The notes below the pieces were generated by a model that searched no databases, was not told the origin of the DNA, and saw nothing but the letters and a program-made list of their open reading frames with translations. 64,000 nt of DNA from positions 3,680,001 to 3,744,000 of the forward strand of contig CBDCJO010000002.1 of assembly GCA_965217865.1 (NCBI GenBank), written 5' to 3'. How positions within the stretch are numbered: position 1 is the stretch's first letter; each line of letters opens with the position of its first letter. The translations under genes and the position numbers were made by a program. Source of the stretch: Candidatus Latescibacterota bacterium (GTDB taxonomy: Bacteria > Latescibacterota > UBA2968 > SICM01). Below are positions 31,503 to 42,759 of the stretch, piece by piece.

Positions 31503-32294
31503 TCATACGTCGGCAAACGGAAACGTGCCATTGTAGCCGAGCGCATCCAGAGCCGACTGCGGCGAGCTGACGAAGCGGATTCCGGGAAACATCGGAGTCT
31601 GCTGGTAGTGGAGAACGACGTTGCTGCGAATCGGGGCGCCGGGATCCTTTTTCAGTTTGGCACCCTGATGTGGGATATGGCTGAAGAAGACGACGGCATC
31701 CCCAGTCATCGGGTACAGATGCGCATGCTCCTGCTCGTCGCACCAACGGTGGAAAGGATTGCTGAAGTCGTAGCCTCTGTGCTTGCGAATCTCGGCCGGC
31801 ACCTCCTTGTGACAGTACCCGCTGACGAATGTCAGTCGCCCCGTTTCCGGTGTATTGTCGGTTAAATAGAATGTGGTATTCATGCACAGAGGCCTCAGCG
31901 CGTGACGCGCCTCGTCGCAAGAGTCCCAGTAGTATCCGAAATCAGTATGCCATTCCTGGGTGTACGATACGGGATTCATGTGAGCGCGAAAACTCCGGAG
32001 CTGACACTGCCTGCCCAGCATCGCCTTCAGGTACTGAGCCACTGATGGGTGCGCCACCATCGGGTTGGCCAGCTCGGGCTCCTGTTCGAGCAGGTGGTTG
32101 AAGTAGACATTGCCGACTTGGTTGAAACCATCCCATTCCTTTTCCTCGTACTTCCGCAGCAGGCATTCGCGCCAGGACAGCACGACATCCTCTTTCAGAG
32201 CGTCTCGAACCAGCAAGAATCCGTGTCGGTCCAGGGCGTCGAGCTGATCCTCCAGCTCGACAATCTCGTCAGTATCGGCGATCATTTCCATCAT
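31503..32294 (-). CDS. PhyH family dioxygenase
   Basis: DRHGFLLVRDAL, QEWHTD, GDAVVFFSHIPHQG, IRS. Confidence 0.82.
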   Translation of the reverse strand: MMEMIADTDEIVELEDQLDALDRHGFLLVRDALKEDVVLSWRECLLRKYEEKEWDGFNQVGNVYFNHLLEQEPELANPMVAHPSVAQYLKAMLGRQCQLRSFRAHMNPVSYTQEWHTDFGYYWDSCDEARHALRPLCMNTTFYLTDNTPETGRLTFVSGYCHKEVPAEIRKHRGYDFSNPFHRWCDEQEHAHLYPMTGDAVVFFSHIPHQGAKLKKDPGAPIRSNVVLHYQQTPMFPGIRFVSSPQSALDALGYNGTFPFADV

Positions 32295-32347
32295 GTCCCC
32301 TCCCTTTCGTTGCGCCCCCAAGCTATCACGCTGAGCGGACTGCTTCT

Positions 32348-34606
32348 TCACCCATACCTCCGGATGACTTCCTTCACCTGTGTCGTCCCCTCAGCGTCCT
32401 TCCGCACCAAAAGTCCTAGTCCCTCGAAAGCCATCCCCTCCCATTCCCAGCACCCCTCCCTCGCCGGCGCGCAGTAGATGTCCTGCCTGCCATCCGGCAA
32501 AATCACATGCATCCAGCCGCTACCAGGATGGCCCAGCGCTTCGACCTGGGGAATTGCCGTTTCATTGCTTCGCAGGGGCCAGATCACCGTCTGAATAAGA
32601 GCAGGGGGTGCACCGAGCTGACGATAGACCACACAGGGAGCCGGTACCGGCCGCACACCCCCACCGCAGTACCAGCCCTGCAGTTCCGGTTCGGGCCGTC
32701 CTTCGACGGCTTCCAATTCCAGCCCCTCGACCACCGCGGGGATGAGCGCCAGGTTGGGTTCTCCGAACGTGGTGGTACGCGCGGTCTTGGCAGCGGAGTC
32801 CACCTCGATTTCCACCGGCACAAAGTGGAAAAGTGACTCGTAGGTGTGCCTTCCATTGCCGGTGAAGCGATCTGTTACCATCCAGTATGAGTAATCGCCG
32901 GGTTCCCGAGCTTTGACGAAGAGGACGCTGCGGTGATGCTGCACCGAGTGGTTGATCTCCCCCTGCCACGGGTCCGGTGCGAATACCGACGACATCGGTT
33001 CGGCGTAGTGCCCGGTGCCGTAGCCCTCTTCGTATGAACCGGCCAGGTAGTCGCACACCGGCGTACTCCACCAGGGATTGTCCAGCGGTCCATCGGTGGT
33101 AGAGGGACCGGTAACCAGCCGCATCTGGCTGAGTCCATCTACGATGGCGCTGTTGTGGCCTACTGTGTGGCCGAAAAAGCGGTACCAGGGCAATTCGTGT
33201 GCCTCGCGGGAATAGCTGTGGATGCCCAGGTCCTCCATCAAGGAGCGGCCGTAGGCGACCACTTCGACGGCCAGCTTCCCTTCGTGGGCGTGTAGCACAC
33301 CCAAGGGTCCCACATCGAAAAACAGGTAATTGGCCTCCCGGCTCCAGTCGGAGCGCATCACCCCCACCCCGCCATAGGGGAAATAGACGGAGCATCGAGA
33401 GGGTGGGGTACCACGCTCCCCGCCGCTGGCGATGTACTCCATGTCCCGGCTTTTTTCGAGACCGGCCACGGAGCGGACGAAGTTGAACGGGAAACCCCGC
33501 TGACCGTCGCCCGTCCACACACAACTGCCGTCCGGCTTGGCGATGTAGGCAAGGAATTCGGCACGCTTGACAAGGGCGGGGCGGAGATGGTCGGGAACGG
33601 GATAGCCGTTTTCGCGCGCCAGGCGCAATCCTTTCGCCCCGTTGGTAGAGGCTCCGATGACGTAACCATACGAATTCTCCTTGGTGGAGCCGTCCGGATA
33701 GGCTGCCGCCTCTCCGAAATATTGGCCGATCTGGTTTAAGCCGCGTCGGCGCCAGTGGGAAGCGCGCTTACACTCCGGCATACCCACGCCCAGCCATAGA
33801 AATCCCAGACCGTTATAGAGCAATTGGTTGCCCTGTGCCCCTTCCACGGGCTCCATCGACGCGGCACAACCGTCGACGAGCCAGCCGTACATGGCGCAGA
33901 AGTCGTTGGCATCGAGGTTCTCCCAGGAGAGGATGAAGGGCAGCATCTGCAGGTAGTTGACGGTCAATTGCAAATCCGGTATCCAGATCCAATCGCTGCG
34001 GTGGTTTACGTAGCGCACGTAGTGGGCGGCTATTTGGACCAGCTTGGCTATGTATTTCTCCTCGCCCGTCAACCAGTAGGTCTGGACCAGCGCCCGAAAA
34101 TAGTACTGGTAGGGCAGGCTCAACGTCCACCTCCGCCCGGTACCCGAAGCGGGCGGCACGTGCTCCCAGTTCCAGTCCTGCCCCAGATCCTGGACGCCGT
34201 CTTCAGGCGAGTAGGGCAGGAAGACCTTGTTCTCCAGGACCAGGTCGGCCAGATCCACGACCGTGTAATCCGAGGCCATGAGCCCCTGGGTACGGGTGTG
34301 AGTATATCCCTTGGCGCGGCTGATCAATGGCTTGACCTTGCCGCGATCCTTCCAGGTGATAACTTTGGGATGCTCTGTGAGAAAATCGAACATCGACGTA
34401 TTGCGCTCGAAGTCCTCTCCTTCGCCGAAGTGCCAGTCCAATTTAGGCTGAATGCGGGCCCTGTGATAATCCAGATAGGCCACCTCGGCAGCGGCGATAT
34501 TTCCTGCCTCGACCGCGTCATTTACCTTTTCCAGGCCGGAATATTCCAGGTCCAATCGTTCGAATAGCGACTTATTGTCGTGACAGCGCTTTTCATTTAA
34601 TGACAT
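32348..34606 (-). CDS. Heparinase II/III family polysaccharide lyase
   Basis: YWLTGEEKY, PDGSTKENSYGY, MRSDW, HAHEGKL, GHNSAIVDG, HHRSVLFV. Confidence 0.85.
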   Translation of the reverse strand: MSLNEKRCHDNKSLFERLDLEYSGLEKVNDAVEAGNIAAAEVAYLDYHRARIQPKLDWHFGEGEDFERNTSMFDFLTEHPKVITWKDRGKVKPLISRAKGYTHTRTQGLMASDYTVVDLADLVLENKVFLPYSPEDGVQDLGQDWNWEHVPPASGTGRRWTLSLPYQYYFRALVQTYWLTGEEKYIAKLVQIAAHYVRYVNHRSDWIWIPDLQLTVNYLQMLPFILSWENLDANDFCAMYGWLVDGCAASMEPVEGAQGNQLLYNGLGFLWLGVGMPECKRASHWRRRGLNQIGQYFGEAAAYPDGSTKENSYGYVIGASTNGAKGLRLARENGYPVPDHLRPALVKRAEFLAYIAKPDGSCVWTGDGQRGFPFNFVRSVAGLEKSRDMEYIASGGERGTPPSRCSVYFPYGGVGVMRSDWSREANYLFFDVGPLGVLHAHEGKLAVEVVAYGRSLMEDLGIHSYSREAHELPWYRFFGHTVGHNSAIVDGLSQMRLVTGPSTTDGPLDNPWWSTPVCDYLAGSYEEGYGTGHYAEPMSSVFAPDPWQGEINHSVQHHRSVLFVKAREPGDYSYWMVTDRFTGNGRHTYESLFHFVPVEIEVDSAAKTARTTTFGEPNLALIPAVVEGLELEAVEGRPEPELQGWYCGGGVRPVPAPCVVYRQLGAPPALIQTVIWPLRSNETAIPQVEALGHPGSGWMHVILPDGRQDIYCAPAREGCWEWEGMAFEGLGLLVRKDAEGTTQVKEVIRRYG

Positions 34607-34626
34607 ATCATTCAATGGCAGCAGGC

Positions 34627-36141
34627 TGTATCTATTCTGAGATAACAAGAGAAAAGCAGATAAAGGTCCAAGCAAGATTCAGGCAGCCTTGTGGATGGTC
34701 TGGGATGTTCTTTGCCGATTGATTTCTATGCGGCGCTGCCGAGCCTCCTCCTTTCGACCTTGTCGGTGGTGAAGAATCTTTTGATGCTGGCCTTTATGCC
34801 TCTGAAGAGGCGTGACATACTGTATTGCCCCGTGATAGCGTTCGGCGTTGTAGCTGTGAATGAAGGAATCAATCAGGCCTTCCAGTTGATGGAATGTGAA
34901 GATGTCCTGGAAGCGCAGCCAGTCGTATTTGAATGTCCGGAAAAAGGCTTCGATCCAGGCGTTGTCCGTGGGTGTTTGATATCGGGCAAACAGCTGCGAG
35001 ATGCCCAGGTCCTTGAAGAATTGGGCCATCGATTTGGCCTTCATCTGAGATCCGTGATCTGAGAGGGCTGTCAAGCTTATGGGCCCAGTGTCCAGCAGTC
35101 CTTCGTTGGCAAGGGCTTGATCCCAGGCCTGTTTGACCTGCTCCACGGTCGCGTTGAAGGAGAGCTTCCATCCTACGATCTTCCTGGAATACACGTCGAG
35201 AATGGCGGTAAAATACAGGAACAAACCGAAAAATGGGATGTAGGTCAGGTCCCAGCTCCAGACCTGATTAGGACCTTCAGGTTTGACCTGGGGCTTGCTC
35301 TGCTTGACCGGCGTCCTCACCTGTTTCCTGCGTGCCAGACGTTCTTTCCTGGCCTGTCGGTAGAAGCTGGAGGCCGAGGCCTGCACTACCCCCTTCTCTG
35401 AGGCTACCACCGCCAGCTGATGGGGAGGCAGATCGGCATAGGTCTCATCCGTGTGGGGCCTCATCAGGGGCGGGCCCGGGCTTCCCATCCAAAAGCGGGT
35501 CCGACACCCCATCCAGCTTCTCTTCTCGATCTCGCCGGCTCCAGGCACAATACCGCTGGAGGGGAAGCTGTAGGATCTCGCAAGAACGGGTGAGTTTCAC
35601 CCCTTTCTCCTTGGCCCGATGGACCATTAAGAGGATCTCGCGTTTGACCTCAGCTTGCACCCGGTGGCCCTTGATCGGGCCTGTCAGATCCCATTCACAC
35701 TTTTTTTTAGCAGGGAAAGTTCCACAGATTGCTCAATGATCGTTTGCTCCAGGCGTGCCCGCTCTTTGCGCAGCTGCTCCACCTCCTCAGCCGATACCAT
35801 CGGCTTGCGGCTCCGGCGACCCTTGAACTCCTTGAGGGCCCCGGACTTGACCGACTCACGAATACGCTTTAGATCCGAGGAATGAATGCCCCATTTCCGC
35901 AGCACCTGTGCAATGGGAACATCTCCCCGGCTGGCTTCAAGGAAAATCTCATACTTCTGTTCCGGGGACAAGCTCCTGCGCTTCTTGACCGGGTCACTGT
36001 TTGAGGACAGTTGCTCCATCTTTACTCCTCCTGTGAGGTCAGGGATATCCCAAAATATGTATCCCTTCTCAACCCTACAGGCAACCAGGATCTTGCTTCG
36101 ACCTTGCCCCCATTTTTTCGGGCGATCTCAGACAAAAGATA
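34627..36141 (-). mobile_element. IS3-family element copy 3 (1515 bp, same 44-bp deletion)
   Basis: Near-identical to copy 1; no TSD (GCAGGC / GGATCC). Confidence 0.93.
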
Positions 36142-36270
36142 GGATCCGTTCGTCCTCGCTGCCGCCTTCGCCCGTTCGTAGGCCCCCTTCAATGTGGTGC
36201 GATAAGCCTCTCCCCCCTTGCGCTCTTGCGCTTGATCCCTCAGGGTAGTTCACCGCGATGGATAAGAGCG

Positions 36271-37720
36271 TCATTCCTTCGGATAATCCAACGAATCTCC
36301 GCTTACATCGATTACACAGACCGATATCTTGCGCGCTTCATCTTCAGATAGTGTCGCCTTCAGTTGCTCCCGCAGCTTTTGGGGACTGTACGGGCGGGTG
36401 TCGCGAGGGGGTGGCTGGGTACAGTCTTTGCCGAACCAGAAGACCAGGTAGATCCCATATCCGCTCGTGGCAGGGCCGGTGGTGTACTGCTTGATCAGTT
36501 GGTTTTTGCATGCGCTCCATAGATCTCGGTGATTGTTCTTTTTGACTTCGACCGGCACCTGAAAATCCAGGCATGAAACGCGTATGTCGGCTCGTCTGTC
36601 TTTGGCGTAATGCCCCTCGGGTTGGGCGTCGACTCTTTCCGGAAGGAGTTGTCGCAGATCCGAAAGCATCGCATCCCGGCAGGAGTTCTCGTTTTTCGGG
36701 GAGCAAGGTTTTCCGTTGGAGTCCTCGTTCCAATACGGGCGCCAGTCGTCGGTATTGCCGGTCCGGATCCGGACGGCGGTCTCGCGCAGCCGATCCCTCA
36801 CGAGGGCCGCGAGGTCGCCAGCGTTAGCGGGCGAGCCGCCATTCAACGTCCGGCAGACCTGTCCAATATCGGGATGCCGATAGCCGGAGTCACGGCGAAT
36901 CACTCGTTGGTCATCCGACGCCCTGGACAGCACGTCGCGCCAGCACCGGATTGGCACGAAGGCTGTCCAGCGCGTCGCTCGCGTCTTTGGCGGGAGAAGC
37001 GGCGAGGCGTCGTATCAGTTCGTGGACAAGCCCAGAGGCTTGCATTGCAGGTGTGACCACCCCGTTCGTATCCAGCCACTGATCGGATTCGACGTAGCTT
37101 CCAACGAGGCGGAGGAGGAGTTCCAATACCGGAATCCCCAGCTCATCGAACGAGAACCACACGCGATCTTGAGTGCAAAAGAACGCCGCCAGTTGCAGAA
37201 TCCGGCGCTCACGGCCCTGCACGAAGTCATTCAGAAGGTCCCTGTACACCGCTGGTGAAACGATGACGCCCGCCGCCAACCAATGCACGCGCTGAGCGAC
37301 GTTCATGCTCGTCCGGGACAGTTTCCTTCCGATCACTTCCCGAAACAACGCTCTGTCGGCATGTTGAAGTGCAGCCTGGAGCAGATGATCCAGTGCGTCG
37401 ATATGCTTCAGCTTGCAACGAGTCGGAAAGGCGCGGAGCAACTGCAGGCTCGCGTGCCGAGCGACCTGAGAATGGGCTTGGTCGTGCGCGAGTTCCCAGA
37501 GCTTGTAGATAACCTCGCGGTCACCGCGGAACTCGGTAACGGCGAATTGTACCTGCACATCGGCTACGATCTCGGGACGCGCCTCAAGAAGTCGTCGATA
37601 CCATTCGGGCCGATATCCGCCGTGCGGCGTACAGTAATAGAACGCAATGGCCTTGCGAATCCGGCCGGCGTTCCATCGGGATGCGTCTTCCGGTGCCGTC
37701 CTTTCGACTTCAGCCAAGGT
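36271..37720 (-). pseudogene. 3' part of a large protein ending in a PD-(D/E)xK nuclease-like domain (NACHT-associated type); frameshift near 36945
   Basis: ENSCRD..RADIRV..VEVKK..QL..QY..GYGIYLVFWFG. Confidence 0.6.
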
Positions 37721-37828
37721 CTGCTCGAGTCCCTCATCGGTGGACTTGCGCGTGTAGATGGCGCAGCGGAGGGTCCCGGTTCCATTGGAGGACGATGCCG
37801 GGATGGCCTGAGGAGCGTTTCCGCTCAT
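37721..37828 (-). pseudogene. Large serine recombinase N-terminal stub
   Basis: LRCAIYTRKSTDEGLEQ; ATGA overlap with DUF2924 gene. Confidence 0.8.
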
Positions 37829-38285
37829 GCGTTTCCCTTTCCGGATCCACGGCTGTGGTTCCGCCTCTTTCCCCGGGTAAGCCCGAAGAAGGCAAAGCCG
37901 TTCCATTGGCTGCCGGTGACCTGCCGGGCGATGGCGGAGAGGGACCGGTAGCGGCGTCCCTCGAACGCGAAGCCGTCATCGAGCACCTGCACCACCAGGT
38001 CGCGGCCCTGGAAGGCGCGCACCAGCAGCGTCCCCGGCAGGGGCAGCCGCCGGTCCCGCGAGGGCGACAGGCGACCGGCCGTCGTCCGCGCCTGCTCCGC
38101 CGCCGTGCCCGGTCCGAGAGGCCGCCCTTGGCCAGGGCCTGCAGACGCCAGGCGATCCGCTTGCGCAGGAACGCCTTGTGGTACGAGCGGGTTTCCTCCC
38201 CGAAGACCTCGAGGTACTTCTCCCGCAGTTCACCCACCGTCATCCGGGAGAGCCCCTGAATCTGTTGAACCGTGCCGGCTTCCAT
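37825..38285 (-). pseudogene. DUF2924 domain protein with internal frameshifting deletion
   Basis: LRKRIAWRLQALAKGGLS ... LPLPGTLLVR..YRSLSAIARQVTGSQWNGFAFFGL. Confidence 0.82.
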
Positions 38286-38676
38286 ACGGAATCCTCCCTT
38301 CCTTTGGGGATATAAAGCCGTTAACCTTTTCAATATGAACGACTTGTGTGGCCGGCATGTCAAGTCGTTTCTGCCCAAACGTCCCAGATTCTTCGGACGG
38401 CTACTCGTTATTGGGTGCTCCCGGAATCAGGGGCGAGACGGCGGCCGTTTCGGAAACGCGGGAAGCCCTGCGCCAGGAGCGAGGCGAGGGAGAGTCTCGT
38501 CGAGCGAGTCAGGAAGGGGGTCGAGGTCAGGCTCCAGGGGGATACTCGCCGGAGGAATTTCCGAAACGTCGAAACCGGCCGTCCGGATGCAACCGGGCTG
38601 TTAAACAAGGACGACAGAAAAAACAGAGAATCGGAGAATCCGGAGGAGATATCTCTGCTCAGCGGACGCAACCCCA

Positions 38677-39112
38677 CGGTTGCGCTTGCAATCCCGGGGG
38701 GAGCGCTTCGAAACAGAGAATTTGCAGAGAGGGGGGAAGATGGCATAAGCGTTTGTGAATACGGCAGAAACGACAAGACCTCGAAGGGGTTGCCCCACGG
38801 GGTCTGGCGTTAACGGACGACCGCCGAAGTTGGCGGATGGGAATATGGCTCCCCATATGATCCTTTCCCCGGAACCATTCTCTGTTCGTCAGACGTAACC
38901 TGCTGTATTGAAAGGATATATCGTAATTACGCCCGCACCGTCGAGGCGGAAACCATGTCAAGACGTCAAGACCGATTCCCGTTTTTCCAGTCATATCAGT
39001 CGTTTCTTCCACATTGGGACCGGCTCCCCAACTGCACCCTTTTCCTGACCGCTCACCTTCACGCCAGAGAGAGAAACCTCTTGTATTTGAGGGAGTTGTG
39101 GAACATGGACGC
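38677..39112 (-). repeat. Long non-coding repeat, copy 1
   Basis: Highly similar to 43806-44171; carries ~70 extra bp at 39023-39092. Confidence 0.92.
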
Positions 39113-39370
39113 GAATGAAGGGCTCGCCGGTCCCCGCCCAAACGACGTTCGGGTCGGAAGGGGCAACCTCGACCTCGCCCACGGAGTGCACCGGCTGGTC
39201 GTCGAAGACCGGACGCCAGTTCACCCCTCCGTCCTCGGTTTTCCACAGGCCGCCGGAAGCCGCGCCCGCGTAGTAGGTGAATCGGTCGCCAGGAACCCCC
39301 GCCACCGAGGTGATGCGGTTTCCGAGCGGACCGATGTGACGGTACTGCATGGCGGCGAAGGCGGTGGTCG
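39113..39370 (-). pseudogene. 5' fragment of VPS10/BNR-repeat sialidase-like protein
   Basis: YRHIGPLGNR..GAASGGLWKTEDGGVNW..WAGTGEPFIR then breaks. Confidence 0.75.
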
Positions 39371-39544
39371 GGACCTGTTGGGCGACGCCCGGCGGGCGGA
39401 TGCGCGGCGAGGGTCAAACAAAGAACCGGGGAACGCATTACGCACTTCTCCTTGTGGGGGCGCACACCTGCCTGCGGGGAGCCCGCATACCACGGGAAGA
39501 ATAATGCGAAGACCGGCGGCCCGGCTATCCGACGACCAGTAGGG

Positions 39545-40018
39545 TCAACGAACGTGCGCCGGCGCGGGCTGGGTGACGAAGTCGGGGTGTCCCGCACCGA
39601 CCGCACCGTGCATGAGGCTGAAGGCGACGCCCGTCTGACCCGCCATTTCGCCGTGCAGGTGCCCGCCGAACTCGCCCGGCGTGTCCTGTTCGAACTCGGC
39701 GATCGATTCGTCTTGCACCTCGACCTCTAGGTACAGGTCGTCGTCGATGGGGATCGGGTCTCCTTCATGGTCGACGAAGCGGACGGTGATATGTGGAGTC
39801 TCCTGTCCGACTTCGACCTCCATTTCGCCGGTCCACGTCTGTGTCTCTCCGTCATAGGAAGCGAACACGCTGCCACTCATGACCAGGTGCACTCCCTCGG
39901 GCTCGGCGTGTTCGTCCTCCACTTCCACTCCGGTCATCGTCTCGTTGCAGGCCCCGAGCAGCAGTGCAAAAGCGGCGAGAACGAAAAGCGGTGAGTTCCT
40001 GTAGATCCGTCTATTCAT
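39545..40018 (-). CDS. Acidic His-containing lipoprotein
   Basis: Lipobox LLGAC; EDEHAEPEG, LMH..GHPDF. Confidence 0.75.
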   Translation of the reverse strand: MNRRIYRNSPLFVLAAFALLLGACNETMTGVEVEDEHAEPEGVHLVMSGSVFASYDGETQTWTGEMEVEVGQETPHITVRFVDHEGDPIPIDDDLYLEVEVQDESIAEFEQDTPGEFGGHLHGEMAGQTGVAFSLMHGAVGAGHPDFVTQPAPAHVR

Positions 40019-40069
40019 TTGTATTTCTCCTGTGTTGATTCAGCAGAGTCGCGCGCCGGGAGAACATCC

Positions 40070-42322
40070 CTAGAACACGACTCGGTATGTCATACTCAGA
40101 CCCCTCCCGGCCTCGGGCATGATCTCCTTGACCCGGGAGAGGTGGTTGCGGTATTCCGTGTCGGTGGCGTTGTCGAGGCTCACTGTCAGCACGTTCAAGC
40201 GGCCTCCCAGGGTGAGACGAGCGCCCGCCGAAAGATTGAGCACGGCGTACCCGTCGGTCGGTGTTTCGTACTCGCCGATCCGGTCCTGGCGGGCCGCCAC
40301 TTCGGCCTCTGTGCGGACGAACCACGTGGGCCGCTCCCATTTCAAAGCCGTGTGCCCCTTGAGCGGAGGAACAAGTGGGAGGGGTTGTTCGGTGTCCTCG
40401 AGGCTCCCTCTCACCGAGGACGCCACCGCCTCGAGGGCCAGGCCCCACCCAACGTCCACGTCCACCGTGGCTTCGAAGCCGCTGAACAGGGCATCGTTGC
40501 CCCGGTACTGGTAGATGGGAAGGAGCACGCGGCTGAGCCGACCCGTGTCCTCCCCGTAGACGTAGTCCCTGATATCGTTGTAGAAGCCGGTCACTTCGCC
40601 CCTCAGCCGGTCCGACTCGAAGCGGAGGAAGACGTCGAGCCCCCTCCCGATCTCACCCTCCAGAGACGGGTTTCCGACTTCGAAGGAGTAAGCCGCCAGG
40701 TGCGGCCCCCCCGAGTAGAGTTCATTGATGTCCGGCGCCCGGTAGGCGTGGACGAAGCTGGCGCCAAGCGTCAGCCCTGAAGCGGCTCTGTACAGTACGC
40801 CAAGCGATCCCGAAAGAGAGTGGAAGCCACGGTCCCGGATATTGCCGATGGCCGAATCCCGCTCGTCCTGCAGCGGATCGGCCCCCGTCCAGTCGTACCG
40901 CAATCCCCACTCGATCTGGGTGGAGCCGAGATCGACCTCTTCCATGAAGTACAGCGAAGCTCTGCTGCGACGTGTGTCCGGCGTGTACAGACCACTGCCG
41001 TACTCGAAGTCCTCCCACGACAGACGGGCTCCAAGCGCGCCCGCAGAGAAGGGTCCCCACCTCCCGTGCCGGCCAAGAACGTCGCCGCTGGCGGCTTGCA
41101 GGACGTAGAGAGTGCCCAGAATGTCAGGCGGCTCGATCTCCCTGTGCTCATACCATGTATGGGTTGCATCGACGCGGATATCCCGGAAGAAACCGGCAGG
41201 TTTCTCGACTACGGCTCGGAATTTCGAGGCGACGCGCTGCATCTCGATGCGCACCCCGTCCTCGTGCCCCCCGACGAAGCCACCGGGTATGCCGTAGTCA
41301 TTCCGATACCCACGGAAGGACGCCCCCAGATGACCCCAGTCCGCGACATAGGCCGACCCCGCTCCGCCGCTCCACATTTCACCGTCGGTGTTGAGCAGCG
41401 TTCCCACGGGCGTCTTCAGATGTCCCCCCGTCCGCGTGGCCACTTCCACGCGCAGCGGCACCTGCGCCGCCACCGGGAAGACCGCCGTCGCGCTGCCACC
41501 TAACGAACCCGTCACGGTCTGGCCCTGCAGGGTCGCCGATCCCGTCACATGGTGCGGCACCGCCGACGGGATCTCGTCGCGGATGACATTGATGACGCCT
41601 CCCAGCGCGTTGCCCCCGTAGAGCAGCGCACCCGGACCCCGCACCACTTCTATCCGCTGCGCCGACGCGGGGTCGAGGCCCGTCGTGTGATCGGTGCCCG
41701 AATTGGAGGCATCTCCCACCCGCGTCCCGTCTTCCAGCACGAGCACCCGGTCGCCACTCAGCCCACGTACCACCGGTTGCGAGACTGTCGGGCCCATGCT
41801 CGTGACGGCCATCCCCGGCATCGAAGCCAAGGTCGCCGCGATCGTCCCTGCCATTCGGCGCTGCAATTCATCACCGGCCATGACGCTCACCGGGCGCAGC
41901 GCTTCCCCGGCGCCCCGTTCGCTGAGGGTCGACGTGACCACCATGCCCTGAAGCGCGATCGGTGACGTGATCATTGCGATGACCACCACCGCGGACTCGT
42001 CGCCCACCGCGACTTCGGTGGTGGAGCTCCGGTAGCCGAGCCGTTCGACCCGCAGGGAGTAGCTCCCCGCGGCGATGCCGGTCAGGTGGAAGGTTCCGTC
42101 ACCGTGGGTGACCGCCATCGTTCCCCTGCCAACCACCGAGACCAACGCTCCGGCAAGAGGGTTGCCGCTCTCCGCGTCGCGCACCACGCCCTCGATTTCG
42201 CCTTCGTGCTCCGGCACCTGCGCTGACGCGGGCGCCGACAACACGGAGAGCCCGGCGACCGCCGCGACGATGCCGGTGCGGAAGAACGCAAGCAGGGTCT
42301 TTTTCACAGGATGCCGTTTCAC
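40070..42322 (-). CDS. TonB-dependent receptor (probably metal uptake)
   Basis: Signal peptide, carboxypeptidase-regulatory-like domain, RIEVVRGP..LLYGGNALGGVIN, terminal F. Confidence 0.92.
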   Translation of the reverse strand: MKRHPVKKTLLAFFRTGIVAAVAGLSVLSAPASAQVPEHEGEIEGVVRDAESGNPLAGALVSVVGRGTMAVTHGDGTFHLTGIAAGSYSLRVERLGYRSSTTEVAVGDESAVVVIAMITSPIALQGMVVTSTLSERGAGEALRPVSVMAGDELQRRMAGTIAATLASMPGMAVTSMGPTVSQPVVRGLSGDRVLVLEDGTRVGDASNSGTDHTTGLDPASAQRIEVVRGPGALLYGGNALGGVINVIRDEIPSAVPHHVTGSATLQGQTVTGSLGGSATAVFPVAAQVPLRVEVATRTGGHLKTPVGTLLNTDGEMWSGGAGSAYVADWGHLGASFRGYRNDYGIPGGFVGGHEDGVRIEMQRVASKFRAVVEKPAGFFRDIRVDATHTWYEHREIEPPDILGTLYVLQAASGDVLGRHGRWGPFSAGALGARLSWEDFEYGSGLYTPDTRRSRASLYFMEEVDLGSTQIEWGLRYDWTGADPLQDERDSAIGNIRDRGFHSLSGSLGVLYRAASGLTLGASFVHAYRAPDINELYSGGPHLAAYSFEVGNPSLEGEIGRGLDVFLRFESDRLRGEVTGFYNDIRDYVYGEDTGRLSRVLLPIYQYRGNDALFSGFEATVDVDVGWGLALEAVASSVRGSLEDTEQPLPLVPPLKGHTALKWERPTWFVRTEAEVAARQDRIGEYETPTDGYAVLNLSAGARLTLGGRLNVLTVSLDNATDTEYRNHLSRVKEIMPEAGRGLSMTYRVVF

Positions 42323-42364
42323 TTAAGGACGCCGATACACGGGTACGCGCCACACAGAGGTCAG

Positions 42365-42520
42365 GGTGACGACCCGGAGCCTGAGTGACGGCACTATCTT
42401 CCGGTCCTTTTGATCGTGCGGGCCGAATGTCTCGACTCCGTTTGCAATTGCCTCGAGAAACTTTTCAAACGGCGGAACCAAATGCGCCTCGTCGAGCACG
42501 ACGAGCGCGTCCGGGAGGTC
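42365..42520 (-). pseudogene. Internal fragment of type I-G (I-U) Cas3-like helicase
   Basis: DALVVLDEAHLVPPFEKFLEAI. Confidence 0.55.
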
Positions 42521-42759
42521 AACAGTGGGACAAAAACATGGTTGACCTAAAATCGGACCCGCCAAATACAGGATAGTGGCAGACGGCTTTGTGGCAGGGT
42601 TGTCCACTACGTTTCGGAAAGCGGTACGAACTATTTCGATGCATGAGTCTACTCCGAAAAGTCATTTCCGCCTAAGAATCGCGGAAATCGTCAACTTCGC
42701 CTGACGAAAAAACAACTACTTACATCGAGCGATTTGGGCGATTTTCGTGTCCATTTCCC

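Noticed and set aside
38760-38900. Known riboswitch (cobalamin, c-di-GMP, SAM)
   Set aside because: Diagnostic core motifs not found by eye; kept only as an unknown structured element
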